This document shows, piece by piece, positions 25,386 through 37,049 of a stretch of 44,949 nt of DNA. This DNA is from Octopus bimaculoides (Eukaryota): NCBI RefSeq assembly GCF_001194135.2, contig NC_068982.1:180838508-180883456 (forward strand), in the 5' to 3' direction. The notes under the pieces were generated by a model, which was not told where the DNA came from, searched no databases, and saw only the letters and a program-made list of their open reading frames with translations. The number at the start of each line of letters is the position of its first letter. The first letter of the stretch is position 1. Both the position numbers and the translations under genes were made by a program.

Positions 25386-25960
25386 AAATAGTAGAGATAC
25401 ACGGCCATGCTCGGGATTAAAATAGTTTATTATTGTTTTACTTGTTTCTGTATTATTACCCGATTTTATTTGGGTCTACGCGGGAACCATTTATACACAA
25501 ACTTGTATAACTTACCACAGCTGCATGGGATGGAGTACATGCAGTTTTTGGTCACATTCTCTCCTAAAACCCTAACCCTAACCCTAATTCTAAAACCCTA
25601 TACCTAACCTTAAAACCCTAAAGCTAAAACCAGTAGAAACGCACAAACGATGTCATAAATAACAGTGACAAATTACATTTACACTGGCAGAACGTCTCGT
25701 TCACAAACCAAAGCAGTAATTGTCTTCACCTCTATAGACGTCATTGATTGGTTGATATTACCGAAATACGACAACTTTAACACGAAATAACTTCGAAAAT
25801 GAAGAATTTCTTTAAAAACGTCAAGAGTAAATGATGTTTTAAATGATACATTCTACCAGTATACGAAATTTGAAAGTATTTATTTACAAAAAATCATTTT
25901 TTCTATGTGTCGGCCAAAAGGAAAAGATCCTTTCGGGCCTTGTGCCTAGAGTAGAAACGA
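25386..25960 (-). mobile_element. Second, non-autonomous Helitron-like unit in tandem
   Basis: About 110 bp at 25390-25490 is homologous to 24285-24395 (GCTCGGGATTAAA.TAG...ATTAT.AC.CGATTT.ATT.GGGTCTAC). No helicase coding seen. 5' boundary uncertain. Confidence 0.6.
25570..25587. repeat. Interstitial (CCCTAA)3 with degenerate flanking units to about 25630
   Basis: CCCTAACCCTAACCCTAA is directly visible; TTAGGG on the minus strand. Confidence 0.9.
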
Positions 25961-26829
25961 ATATTGATAATTTAAACAACGTTAAATCGAAATTATGAAA
26001 GTTGCGGCATGAGTGAGTAGCTGAATTTTTGTAGTTCCTTTCACCGTATGTCTTTTAATCTTTCTTTCTTTATCTATCAGCAACTACCATATACATTTTC
26101 TCATACTACACAGATAAGTACGCATATAACTGCAACGTACATACACACACATACATGCATACATATACGCATAAGCCACAGGAACACACACAAACACATA
26201 CACACACGCACACATACAGATTTCGTTATTAAAATTCCACATCTATAATAGCTGTCTGTAAAACCTTATGACACAGTTTCAGATAACTAAAGAGAGAGAA
26301 AATGATTTGTTGCTTTATTGCTTGGTTTGCTTTTAAATGTGTATGTTTCTAACATAACTGGGTTTTATGAGCTACAAATTATGTTAATTATTATAATGTT
26401 AAATATATTTCAAATTTGAAAGGTGATAGCAATCTCGTTTAGAGAACATAATTGCTGGATATATTAAAGTAAAACCTAAATGCGAAACAAAGAATGAAAG
26501 ATAAACTGGTTTCTGTGTTTCATGATATTTGATACCTTACCTTCTGAATTTCTGCAAGTTTTTTCCTTTAACTGAAAAATTATAATATCGGCAAATATTA
26601 ACTATTTATTTAGCGTGAAATATCATGGCTTCCCTATATTGTTTCAGAGTCAATTAAAGCACTTTAAATAAACATAATTTGACAAGCGTATATACAAATT
26701 CAAATGTGAAATAATGAATAAAATACTTTATTTCTGTTTTCTGAAACCCTTTCTCGATTCTCAAATATTTTCATTTGAGCAAGATACTTATATCTCAAAC
26801 GATTCTTGCATGATAATTTTGCTCCAGCT

Positions 26830-27330
26830 TGCTCCATGACCTCAAAACTGTTGCATCATATATCTATGTAACGTGCGCTGGCCATCAAAAATATATTTTA
26901 GATGCTGGTGCAATGGGAAACACTACTGAGAAGAGGATGCACCATGGCAATTTTCCATGCCTGTTCATGCAACTTCAGCATAATAACCCGGAGAGCATGA
27001 AGCAAAAACATACTGCATCAACCACAACCCGAATAAATAAAATGAGCCTAGATTTTACCTGCCCAATGGACAAACAAGCTCTATACTCCATTGTGCAATC
27101 TATAGCTGGTAACTTTCTTGGACTATCAATCTAATTTCAAAATACACTGTGACTCTTACGGAAGAGATACTTCAAGCTCATTCAACTGCTGGAATCAAAA
27201 TGAAGACCTGGATGAAAGTAACTTATACAGGTATCAAATAGTGACTTCTGACTTGGAACATTTATTTCTTCATGTGGAAAAGCCAAAATAATTTGATGAA
27301 CTGGTTCTGAGGAAAATATTCCTATCCGCA
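26830..27330 (+). mobile_element. Possible very decayed Ty3/Gypsy integrase fragment
   Basis: RINKMSLDFTCPMDKQALYSIVQS resembles RIHIDFAGPxNGxxYLIVVDS; a weak IVTSD remnant of LVSDNG follows. Confidence 0.3.
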
Positions 27331-28011
27331 AGCAGTTTCATATTGCAGTTAATTCATTTCTAATACAGCAACATTGGTCACGTGTGGCAAGATAGATCAT
27401 TCTCCTTTTAAGCCTTTGCTAAATCTTACAGCCATTGATAGTGTTGTACCATTGAACTGGCAAAGGGTCCAGATAGGTAGATGTTCTAAGGCAGGTTAAA
27501 TTGAAAGTATGAGACAAAAACACAATAGCCCAGAGACTGCAATTTTGTACCATTCAAGATTTCTATGTAGATACTAAAATTTTTAAATGGGCTCCAACTG
27601 GGTTCTGGACTCTCACCGAATTATAGAAATTACTAGTGGTATCTTAATCGTAACATCTTAACTTCCAGAAACAACAATGAGCAAGGTATTAATGTCACCA
27701 CCATTTAGCTTAGTTGTAACTGTACTTGATGTAATGAATGACATCGCTAAATATCAGTCGCACTCTCTCAACTTTTTTTTGTCACCTGTTATCATTTCTT
27801 ACAATGTAGCATTGAACATAAGAAGAGAAATTATATTCCTCTGATATTCGCTTGCTGTAAAAGTTTGGAATTGTACAAGAGAAGGTGTCAGACTGTTCAA
27901 CTCTAACTTCACCTGTGATATAAGCCACCATTTTGACAGACCGCGCAAGAGAGAAGATTTCATCTTTCCCACTATTTTCCATATTTAATCAGATATGCCA
28001 TTTCATTTCAG

Positions 28012-28053
28012 GGACATTCAGATTCCAGTGACTCTCTTTTTGTGGGCCCATCG
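28012..28053 (+). CDS. Candidate internal exon, 42 nt (phase 2: DIQIPVTLFLWAH; phase 0: GHSDSSDSLFVGPS)
   Basis: Acceptor TTTCATTTCAG|G, donor TCG|GTAAGT. Length is a multiple of 3 and it is open in the frame required by the neighbouring exons. Confidence 0.5.
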
Positions 28054-28521
28054 GTAAGTCTCTGAGACATACATTCAGGGTAGTTGGAGTTGAACTCACA
28101 CGTCAAACTTTCTTCCCTGATTAACTTCATGATATATTATCACGTGTTTGACCGAATGCATATCTTTTTATGAGAATACTAAACCACAGAATAAGAAATG
28201 TCTTCTACTCCAGATATCTGTCTGAGTAAAACACATTTTTCATAAAATTGCTTCTCTTTTATGTGTCGCATATAAATTTAGAATTAGAAGAAAATATATA
28301 AATTACAACATAAAGATACTATTTCTCAAGTCATAACATTAAAATTATCAATAAAAACAGTCTCCGAAGCTTCACGCATCATAGAAAGCGGGAGAAATTC
28401 AACTTTAGACATGAATCTGCATTATACTAAAGTTTATATGCAAATATAATCACTCACACACAATAAAACAATACATAAAAGTATTATAATCGTTTAACTA
28501 TAAATTTTTCGACTTATTCAG

Positions 28522-28534
28522 GCCTCGGAATGAG
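28522..28534 (+). CDS. Candidate 13-nt microexon (G CCT CGG AAT GAG; phase 2 to phase 0)
   Basis: Acceptor TTTTTCGACTTATTCAG|, donor GAG|GTAAGT. Supplies the phase change needed to join the upstream exons to 32159. Confidence 0.45.
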
Positions 28535-28540
28535 GTAAGT

Positions 28541-28541
28541 A

Positions 28542-28596
<55 letters not shown>

Positions 28597-28599
28597 TTA

Positions 28600-28632
<33 letters not shown>
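28541..28632. repeat. Compound (TATC)n/(TGTC)n microsatellite
   Basis: Directly visible immediately after the microexon donor. Confidence 0.95.
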
Positions 28633-28633
<1 letters not shown>

Positions 28634-28819
28634 CATTTTCTCTTTCACGATCACACACACACATACTTTAAATTTATTCATAATATATGGCGTATAATAT
28701 GCCTATCAAACACATGCGCACATATACATACATACATTCGTGCACATACATACACGCATACATACATACATACATACATACATACATACATACATACATA
28801 CATAAATGCAAACATACAA

Positions 28820-29925
28820 AGATAAAATTAAATCCGTTATCATTCCCGCTACAAGAGTCAAATGGCTACATGCTAGGGTCTGCAACTAATTAAGATGTTA
28901 ATGTAACACATAATTTCTTTGTGAAAGACCGCATGGTTTAGGCTAAAAATCATACCAAGATACTTTGCTGACACAGGAATGGAATATGGTCAAATTAAGC
29001 GTTCATATTTGATTATTGAACGAGAAAAATCAAACCCTAAACCCAAAACCTGTGCATCAAGTGACATCATTATCTCTCCTGTCCCGCACAAAGTAGGCTA
29101 CAAGTATTATTCATTGGTGAAAACATACACGCAGGTACTCTTAATAAAAATCTCTGTGACCCAAGATTATTATACCAAACTTAGAAATATAGCAGTCGGA
29201 ACTCTCCACTTACAGTAGGACAATATCCCACAATACATTTGCAGTAACAACGCCTATTCCATCATTTTTGACACTTCACTATTCTGTACCAGAAATCCAC
29301 TCCATAGTCATTAAAACCCTCAAGATACGGACATCAACTTGAAATCTCCACAAGAATGGTAATCTTATGAAGAGGCTCTACCTAAGAAGAAATAAAGAAA
29401 GTAGAAGCTCGAGATCAGTGCTGACAGCCATTGAATGTTATAATCGTTCTCACAAATCATTTGCTAAACAAGAGCAGCAAAATTAAATACATCAGTGCTG
29501 AAACTCTCTTCCTGATAACCTCACATTCAACCCCCACACAACCGAACATATATACCTCAAAATGGGTCAGAATTCGAAGCGCTCAGCATATCAAAAGAAA
29601 GACCATGTTTGGGTACATTTAGCGAAGACCTGAAGGCGACAGTAATATTGAAATAAAATGATGTCTCTCTGAGATTCGACACTGCTACACTACATGACAT
29701 TTTGCAAAACATGAACAGGAGATTTCTGCCAATTATCTAATAAACGAAAGAGACAATGAAACCCTTGAAATTCCAAGGTGCAACCAGAAATGTAGATTAT
29801 GTCATACTTCTGCGTAAGACATCGTGTATGTTATTGGTTGCTGCCCGAAAATGTCATCAAGGTAATATCTCCCCATGCGACACGACGTTGTCGCAAAAGT
29901 AATATACAATGCCACCCGAAAAAAA
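28820..29925 (+). mobile_element. R4/Dong-like non-LTR retrotransposon remnant (RT C-half and CCHC knuckle)
   Basis: [23 protein letters not shown] (decayed FVDD active site), GMEYGQIK, YKY, HNTFAV, NLHKNG..KRLYLRR, then QEISANYLI...KCRLC....IGCCPKMSSR*YLPMRHDVVAK. Confidence 0.8.
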
Positions 29926-30257
29926 AAAAGAAAAATATTCAGGACGATTCAAGTTTTGCATTTCAAAGAATTTTAATACTCTGTTACAGGCTTATTCATA
30001 GCTTAAAAGAAAAAAAGAAAAAATGAGAGTCCATACATCCTTGCAGACAGTTCAATGATTATTTTTTGACGACAGCGGCCGTTATTACAGAGGTTGCAAG
30101 AGGCAACGAACATTTTAGAAAAATAAATGAGTGAATGAGTGGGTATCAAACCAGTGAGTGTGTTAAATAATAAGGTACTAAGGAAGAATGACCATACCAG
30201 ACACAATAATATAAATATATATATACATATTTATATGTATATATATATATATAGTCA

Positions 30258-30485
30258 ATTCAAACATGAACAAGCAAGAAAAAACACGAAAAACAACAAC
30301 GCGAGGAGGTGGAATATGTACAGCGTTCTTGGACGCTCAGGAATGGGAAGAAAAGAAAGAGGATTTCAGGTTTCGAGCGGATTTCTGCATCAGAAATATA
30401 GGAAAATTCCAAAGAAGGGAAGACAGAGAAAGAATTCACCAACGATGCACACGCGGTCACATATTGGAATATATANNNNNNNNNN

Positions 30486-30516
<31 letters not shown>

Positions 30517-31020
30517 AAATCTGAGTATATGCATATATATGTACATGTATGTACATACCTTCCTCTATATGTATATATAGCTGCATATCTGGGTACATGA
30601 AGTTGCGAAAAACATGGACAAAATGATAAACAAGGTACAAAAAACACACAGGCCACATAGAGAACATTTCTTTCATCAGCTGCCACCATTATAACACTGG
30701 CGTTTTGATGAGTTAGGGCAGGACGCATCGTTAAAATGTCTCTTCCCAAGGACATAAATTAAATTTGTTCCATGGAAAAGGAAACAATAAAGTAAGCAAA
30801 CAAAAAAGCCTATACGGCCAGACGTGAAAAGATATGTGTATATTGAACGCTGCGAAGCACAATCTGGAAGGAAACGGGACGAAGAAGAATGTTCGTGTGT
30901 GCTTGGCGTGGCCAAGGATGAAAAGAATTAGTAGCTGGACACATGTGACCAGCGAGGGGTAGGGAGAAAGAGTGGTAGAGGGAGAAAAAGGGGAGGACGT
31001 ACAAAATAAGTGAGCAACGA
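30258..31020 (-). mobile_element. Composite PLE 3' tail: family A repeat (30258-30468), family B repeat (30515-30800) and adjoining sequence
   Basis: 30258-30468 aligns with 32862-33063; 30515-30800 aligns with 8885-9161. Family A carries a CTGATG..GAAAC hammerhead-like core. Confidence 0.65.
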
Positions 31021-32158
31021 GAGATAGAGATAGAGAGAGAGATAGTAGTGATACATGTACATATATATATNNNNNNNNNNNNNNNNNNNNNNNNNNNNNN
31101 NNNNNNNNNNNNNNNNNNNNNNNNNNNNNNNNNNNNNNNNNNNNNNNNNNNNNNNNNNNNNNNNNNNNNNNNNNNNNNNNNNNNNNNNNNNNNNNNNNNN
31201 NNNNNNNNNNNNNNNNNNNNNNNNNNNNNNTATATATATATATATATGCATACAAAACACAAACACATATACTTGCACACAAACACACACACGTGTGCGC
31301 GCGCATGCATACACACGTAGAACCGCACACGTAGATATAACTGACTTGAAGAGAAAAAAATAGACGGGTAATGCAGTGCAATTAAAACATGTTCACCGAA
31401 ATTACCTTTATTGAACGACCAGTTTGCTGCAACCTTCATTTCACTACGAGTTTTACAGATTATTATTTAATTTCACTGTACTCAGATAGCGATTGTGTTT
31501 ACCCAAGCGTGTAAGAGTCTATCTTTGCATATTTTACTTACTTTCATGAATTAGGAATTCTCGGACAACAACACCTGTGTTTCTGTTCCCTGACCAAAAG
31601 CTAAGAGATTCTAATACTCAACCTAGCTAAAGATCACGTTCATAGCTTAACTGATGATATATTAACTACATCTTTAAAGTAAAATTAGATGAGTAATTCA
31701 TTTTCGAAAAATAGAATTTAATTTACATTTATATATCTAAGACTGCATATAGAGCTCCTAATATGTTCTTTAAGTGTCTGACCGAATTTAACAAAGCTAA
31801 CCCTCATTGAACCAAGAAATACACAAGCTTATTCAATCGTTCAATATAATATGGTTGATGGAAGTAAATGGAGAGCATTGGTGGCGATCCAACCACCAGG
31901 TTAGGATTAAAAAAAGTTCTTCTGTGAATGCCACTGACTTAGGAAATACGTATGTTTGTGTAATATAGAAATCACAGTTTCTCCTAGACAACAGTAGTTA
32001 TAGTGATCAAAGCATGCCCCAGTCGATGTGTGTTTTCTTCTTTTTTTTAGACTGCATAGTTTAATTTTCGTTCAGTTAATTTAAGAATATATACATCTAT
32101 ACTTTACTTGATCTTAGATCAGCGTGCAACAAATAGGAGATTTTTTTTTTCTTTTCAG

Positions 32159-32212
32159 ATTATATATGGCATTTATTCTCTGGTTGCCGCATTAATGATA
32201 AAGTATTTGCTC
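32159..32212 (+). CDS. Candidate internal exon, hydrophobic (IIYGIYSLVAALMIKYLL, phase 0-0)
   Basis: Strong acceptor T10-CTTTTCAG|, donor CTC|GTATGT; 54 nt, open in phase 0. Confidence 0.55.
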
Positions 32213-32861
32213 GTATGTCGGTTGCAATAATTCCTTCAATTTAATTATTGTGTTTGATTATTGAAAATTCTTACATCATGCTGACAGAAGATTTCTTTAA
32301 TATGACTCCTGTGAACTTTTTCTATTCTTTCACACTACTTGGAACCCGATTTTAATCCGCAATCTTCAGAAATGTTATATGGCTTCAACAGATGTTCACG
32401 ACAAGTATTTATGAAGATTTATTTGACAGATATAAGATTAAAAACTGGAAGTGTTTTTGATTCTCTCTGTGTGAATGCATTACAGTTTTCAATAAGCTTT
32501 ACTCACAAGTTCAGTTATATTTAGATATAGATGCGGTCAACAAATATGTAACTAACTGAAATAAGAGATGGAGTTTAATCAGTCTAGATATTTTTATATG
32601 AGTATTCAAATGAGGAACTGGAGAATATTTATACAAGTAAGCCGATGTACACAATGAATACATTGAGAAAGACAAACAATTATATATATGTATAATTATT
32701 TCATAAACAAGATATAGGGATTTATGTACTATTATTAGATTCGTACGATGAGACCATTTTGCACATTACTTTATTAAACGTATGTGGGAGTCTCAGTTTA
32801 ATCTATGGCACTGCCCACATGGCATAACAATCTAATAGGCATATATATATATATACTTAAT

Positions 32862-33063
32862 CCAAACATGAACAAGCACCAGAAAACACGAAAAAACAAC
32901 AACGCGATGACTTGGAATAAGTACAGTGTTATTGGACGTCCAGGAAAGGAAAGAAAATAAAGGGGATTTCACGTTTCAAGCGGAGCTCTTCATCAGATAT
33001 ATAGAGAAAGTCCAAAGATGGCAAGACGAAGAAAAAAAATAGCCAACGATACACACGCGGTCA
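32862..33063 (-). repeat. Dispersed family A repeat, copy 2, with minimal hammerhead-like core at 32971-32996
   Basis: Aligns with 30258-30468. Minus strand reads CTGATGA-A-GAGC-TCC-GCTT-GAAAC-GT. Confidence 0.8.
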
Positions 33064-33071
33064 TATATATG

Positions 33072-33107
<36 letters not shown>

Positions 33108-33693
33108 NNNNNNNNNNNNNNNNNNNNNNNNNNNNNNNNNNNNNNNNNNNNNNNNNNNNNNNNNNNNNNNNNNNNNNNNNNNNNNNNNNNNNNNNNNNNN
33201 NNNNNNNNNNNNNNNNNNNNNNNNNNNNNNNNNNNNNNNNNNNNNNNNNNNNNNNNNNNNNNNNNNNNNNNNNNNNNNNNNNNNNNNNNNNNNNNNNNNN
33301 NNNNNNNNNNNNNNNNNNNNNNNNNNNNNNNNNNNNNNNNNNNNNNNNNNNNNNNNNNNNNNNNNNNNNNNNNNNNNNNNNNNNNNNNNNNNNNNNNNNN
33401 NNNNNNNNNNNNNNNNNNNNNNNNNNNNNNNNNNNNNNNNNNNNNNNNNNNNNNNNNNNNNNNNNNNNNNNNNNNNNNNNNNNNNNNNNNNNNNNNNNNN
33501 NNNNNNNNNNNNNNNNNNNNNNNNNNNNNNNNNNNNNNNNNNNNNNNNNNNNNNNNNNNNNNNNNNNNNNNNNNNNNNNNNNNNNNNNNNNNNNNNNNNN
33601 NNNNNNNNNNNNNNNNNNNNNNNNNNNNNNNNNNNNNNNNNNNNNNNNNNNNNNNNNNNNNNNNNNNNNNNNNNNNNNNNNNNNNNNNNNNNN

Positions 33694-33771
<78 letters not shown>

Positions 33772-34169
33772 CGGAGTAATGGCGTTAAGCATTGTTTATC
33801 ACAATTTAGGTTAATTGAAATATGTCTGTCTGTCACATATTTCAACTGCTAAAGGCAAATACACTGCAGTTGCCGTGGAGAAAATATCTCTTATGGTAAA
33901 AACGTGTGAAAACACCCCTTTTGTTCAGTGTCCCTCTCTATCGGGAATCTCAGACATCGATGTTTCGAGTTTATTGACTCTTGAGATGATTCTTTATTAC
34001 GATAATTGTATATCACACATAGATGGGACAACGTTACAAACAAATAGTGCGTTTGAGTCCTTTTTAAAGAGGCTTTGAAAATATGATGATGAATGTTATA
34101 TTTTTAAAAATTTACAAGTTTTACAAGTTTACCCTTGGCCATGAAACCCAACCGCTACACCATAATTTT

Positions 34170-34625
34170 CTACCATGGATGAGATTAAGTAGGGTCATTC
34201 ATACCCAACGTCTTTGCTACATCCTTCCATCTTTTCCCAAATATACTTCGCGACAGGTGTCTCCTCTCCAGCCCTATCTTGCTCTTCAGATGATATCTGA
34301 AATAATATAGCAAACGAGGGCCGGAGGTGAAAATTCCAGTCGCAATTTTTTTCATCCTAATTTTCCATATACACTCTTTCAATACTGCAACTGTGCATAA
34401 AAACATGCCTCACCTTCCTTTGATAGTCCGGGTGGCGATACAATCCCGATCATGGACTTAGCAGGCAACTGTACTCTTCCTAGATGCGACGTAAATTATC
34501 AAGCCCGAAATCTCCGGACACTGTACAAGGGCGGGCAGAACGATTTCATTGTCCTGCCCGCACCTTGGGCATGCCGGCGGCACAGACAATCCATGCCTAG
34601 ACAATTTGTCACGAACAGGTAACGC
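34170..34625 (-). mobile_element. L1/Tx1-clade LINE ORF2 C-terminus (zf-RVT region)
   Basis: GALPVRDKLSRHG...ACPRCGQDNEIVLPALVQCP (CxxC..H..C knuckle, His decayed), then VAVLKECIWKIR...YFRYHLKSKI..ER...FGKRW..VA...MNDP. Confidence 0.8.
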
Positions 34626-34629
34626 ACCC

Positions 34630-35109
34630 CATGTGTGGTAAGTAGCTTCCTTACCAACCACATGGTTCCGGGTTCAGTCCGACTGCGTGATACCTTAGGC
34701 AAGTTCTTTCTACTATAGCCTCGGGTCGAAAAAAGCCTTGTGAGTGGATTTGGTACACGGAAACTGAAAGAAACCCGTCGTATANNNNNNNNNNNNNNNN
34801 NNNNNNNNNNNNNNNNNNNNNNNNNNNNNNNNNNNNNNNNNNNNNNNNNNNNNNNNNNNNNNNNNNNNNNNNNNNNNNNNNNNNNNNNNNNNNNNNNNNN
34901 NNNNNNNNNNNNNNNNNNNNNNNNNNNNNNNNNNNNNNNNNNNNNNNNNNNNNNNNNNNNNNNNNNNNNNNNNNNNNNNNNNNNNNNNNNNNNNNNNNNN
35001 NNNNNNNNNNNNNNNNNNNNNNNNNNNNNNNNNNNNNNNNNNNNNNNNNNNNNNNNNNNNNNNNNNNNNNNNNNNNNNNNNNNNNNNNNNNNNNNNNNNN
35101 NNNNNNNNN

Positions 35110-35148
<39 letters not shown>

Positions 35149-35355
35149 GTGTTTGCGTGTCTGTGTTTGTCCCCCACACCATCGCTCGACAACCGATGAT
35201 GGTGTGTTTACGTCCCCGTAACCTAGTAGTTCGGCAAAGAGAGACCGATAGAATAAGTACTAGGGTTACAAAGAAGAAGTCCTGGTGTCGATTTTCTCGA
35301 CTAAAGGCGGTGCTCCAGCATGGCCGCAATCAAATGACTGAAACAAGTAAAAGAG
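34630..35355 (+). mobile_element. tRNA-derived SINE family 2 with internal (TA)n and assembly gap
   Basis: TGTGGTAAGTAGCTT..TTACCAACCACATGGTTCCGGGTTCAGTCC (A/B boxes). 3' half 35150-35355 matches 1450-1655 and 43772-43890. Confidence 0.85.
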
Positions 35356-35754
35356 TAAGGAAAAATTTCGGAAATATTACCGAACCTTGTGGGGCAACGG
35401 ATTCTAAAGAACGTTGGTGACGATCCTGTAAATAAGGACATGTATGTTTAGAATCTTCCACTTGAAGGTATATGGCTTGAGTGGTTATCATAGTTATGCA
35501 AAAGTGTTAGAAGATTTTTAAAAGCAAGTTAATAGCATTGCTTATAAAAGAATATCAAGTTCTGAAGAACCAAATATAATGGTGACTTAGAATTTCTATT
35601 ATTAGATTTATCAAGGGAGAAATAACTAATAATACTCACGTATACACTTACACGTCCAAAACAACAAACAAACTGCATGTTTAATACCGCGATCCTTTTC
35701 TTTCGTTCTGTCTCTGTCTCTGTCTCTCTCTTACTCTCTCTCTGTCTCTCTCTT

Positions 35755-35790
<36 letters not shown>

Positions 35791-35798
35791 CCTATATG

Positions 35799-35830
<32 letters not shown>

Positions 35831-36932
35831 CGCAATGTTAATTCTCTAAATGAAGTATTAACAGTATCTGCACGATAAGGTGTAGTATATTGCCACTTAA
35901 GTGTGGCTGACCCCTAGGGGTGGATGTTACTGTTGCTTTTAGCCCCAGGAGGACATCTCCTCCAGCTGGCTTATCGACACACGACTGTGTCCTNNNNNNN
36001 NNNNNNNNNNNNNNNNNNNNNNNNNNNNNNNNNNNNNNNNNNNNNNNNNNNNNNNNNNNNNNNNNNNNNNNNNNNNNNNNNNNNNNNNNNNNNNNNNNNN
36101 NNNNNNNNNNNNNNNNNNNNNNNNNNNNNNNNNNNNNNNNNNNNNNNNNNNNNNNNNNNNNNNNNNNNNNNNNNNNNNNNNNNNNNNNNNNNNNNNNNNN
36201 NNNNNNNNNNNNNNNNNNNNNNNNNNNNNNNNNNNNNNNNNNNNNNNNNNNNNNNNNNNNNNNNNNNNNNNNNNNNNNNNNNNNNNNNNNNNNNNNNNNN
36301 NNNNNNNNNNNNNNNNNNNNNNNNNNNNNNNNNNNNNNNNNNNNNNNNNNNNNNNNNNNNNNNNNNNNNNNNNNNNNNNNNNNNNNNNNNNNNNNNNNNN
36401 NNNNNNNNNNNNNNNNNNNNNNNNNNNNNNNNNNNNNNNNNNNNNNNNNNNNNNNNNNNNNNNNNNNNNNNNNNNNNNNNNNNNNNNNNNNNNNNNNNNN
36501 NNNNNNNNNNNNNNNNNNNNNNNNNNNNNNNNNNNNNNNNNNNNNNNNNNNNNNNNNNNNNNNNNNNNNNNNNNNNNNNNNNNNNNNNNNNNNNNNNNNN
36601 NNNNNNNNNNNNNNNNNNNNNNNNNNNNNNNNNNNNNNNNNNNNNNNNNNNNNNNNNNNNNNNNNNNNNNNNNNNNNNNNNNNNNNNNNNNNNNNNNNNN
36701 NNNNNNNNNNNNNNNNNNNNNNNNNNNNNNNNNNNNNNNNNNNNNNNNNNNNNNNNNNNNNNNNNNNNNNNNNNNNNNNNNNNNNNNNNNNNNNNNNNNN
36801 NNNNNNNNNNNNNNNNNNNNNNNNNNNNNNNNNNNNNNNNNNNNTATATATATACGCCCACACATAAACACAGTCACACGCATGCGTGCATACAGGTACT
36901 TACGTATAAACGTATATACATACACACACTCA

Positions 36933-36969
<37 letters not shown>

Positions 36970-37049
36970 AATATATGAGTATATGCATATATATATACAT
37001 GTATGTATATTCGTTCATATACGTTCATCTACATGTATATATATATATA

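Noticed and set aside
35895-35993. GC-richer block resembling a retroelement 5' end
   Set aside because: Single copy in the window and cut by a gap; cannot be classified from the sequence.
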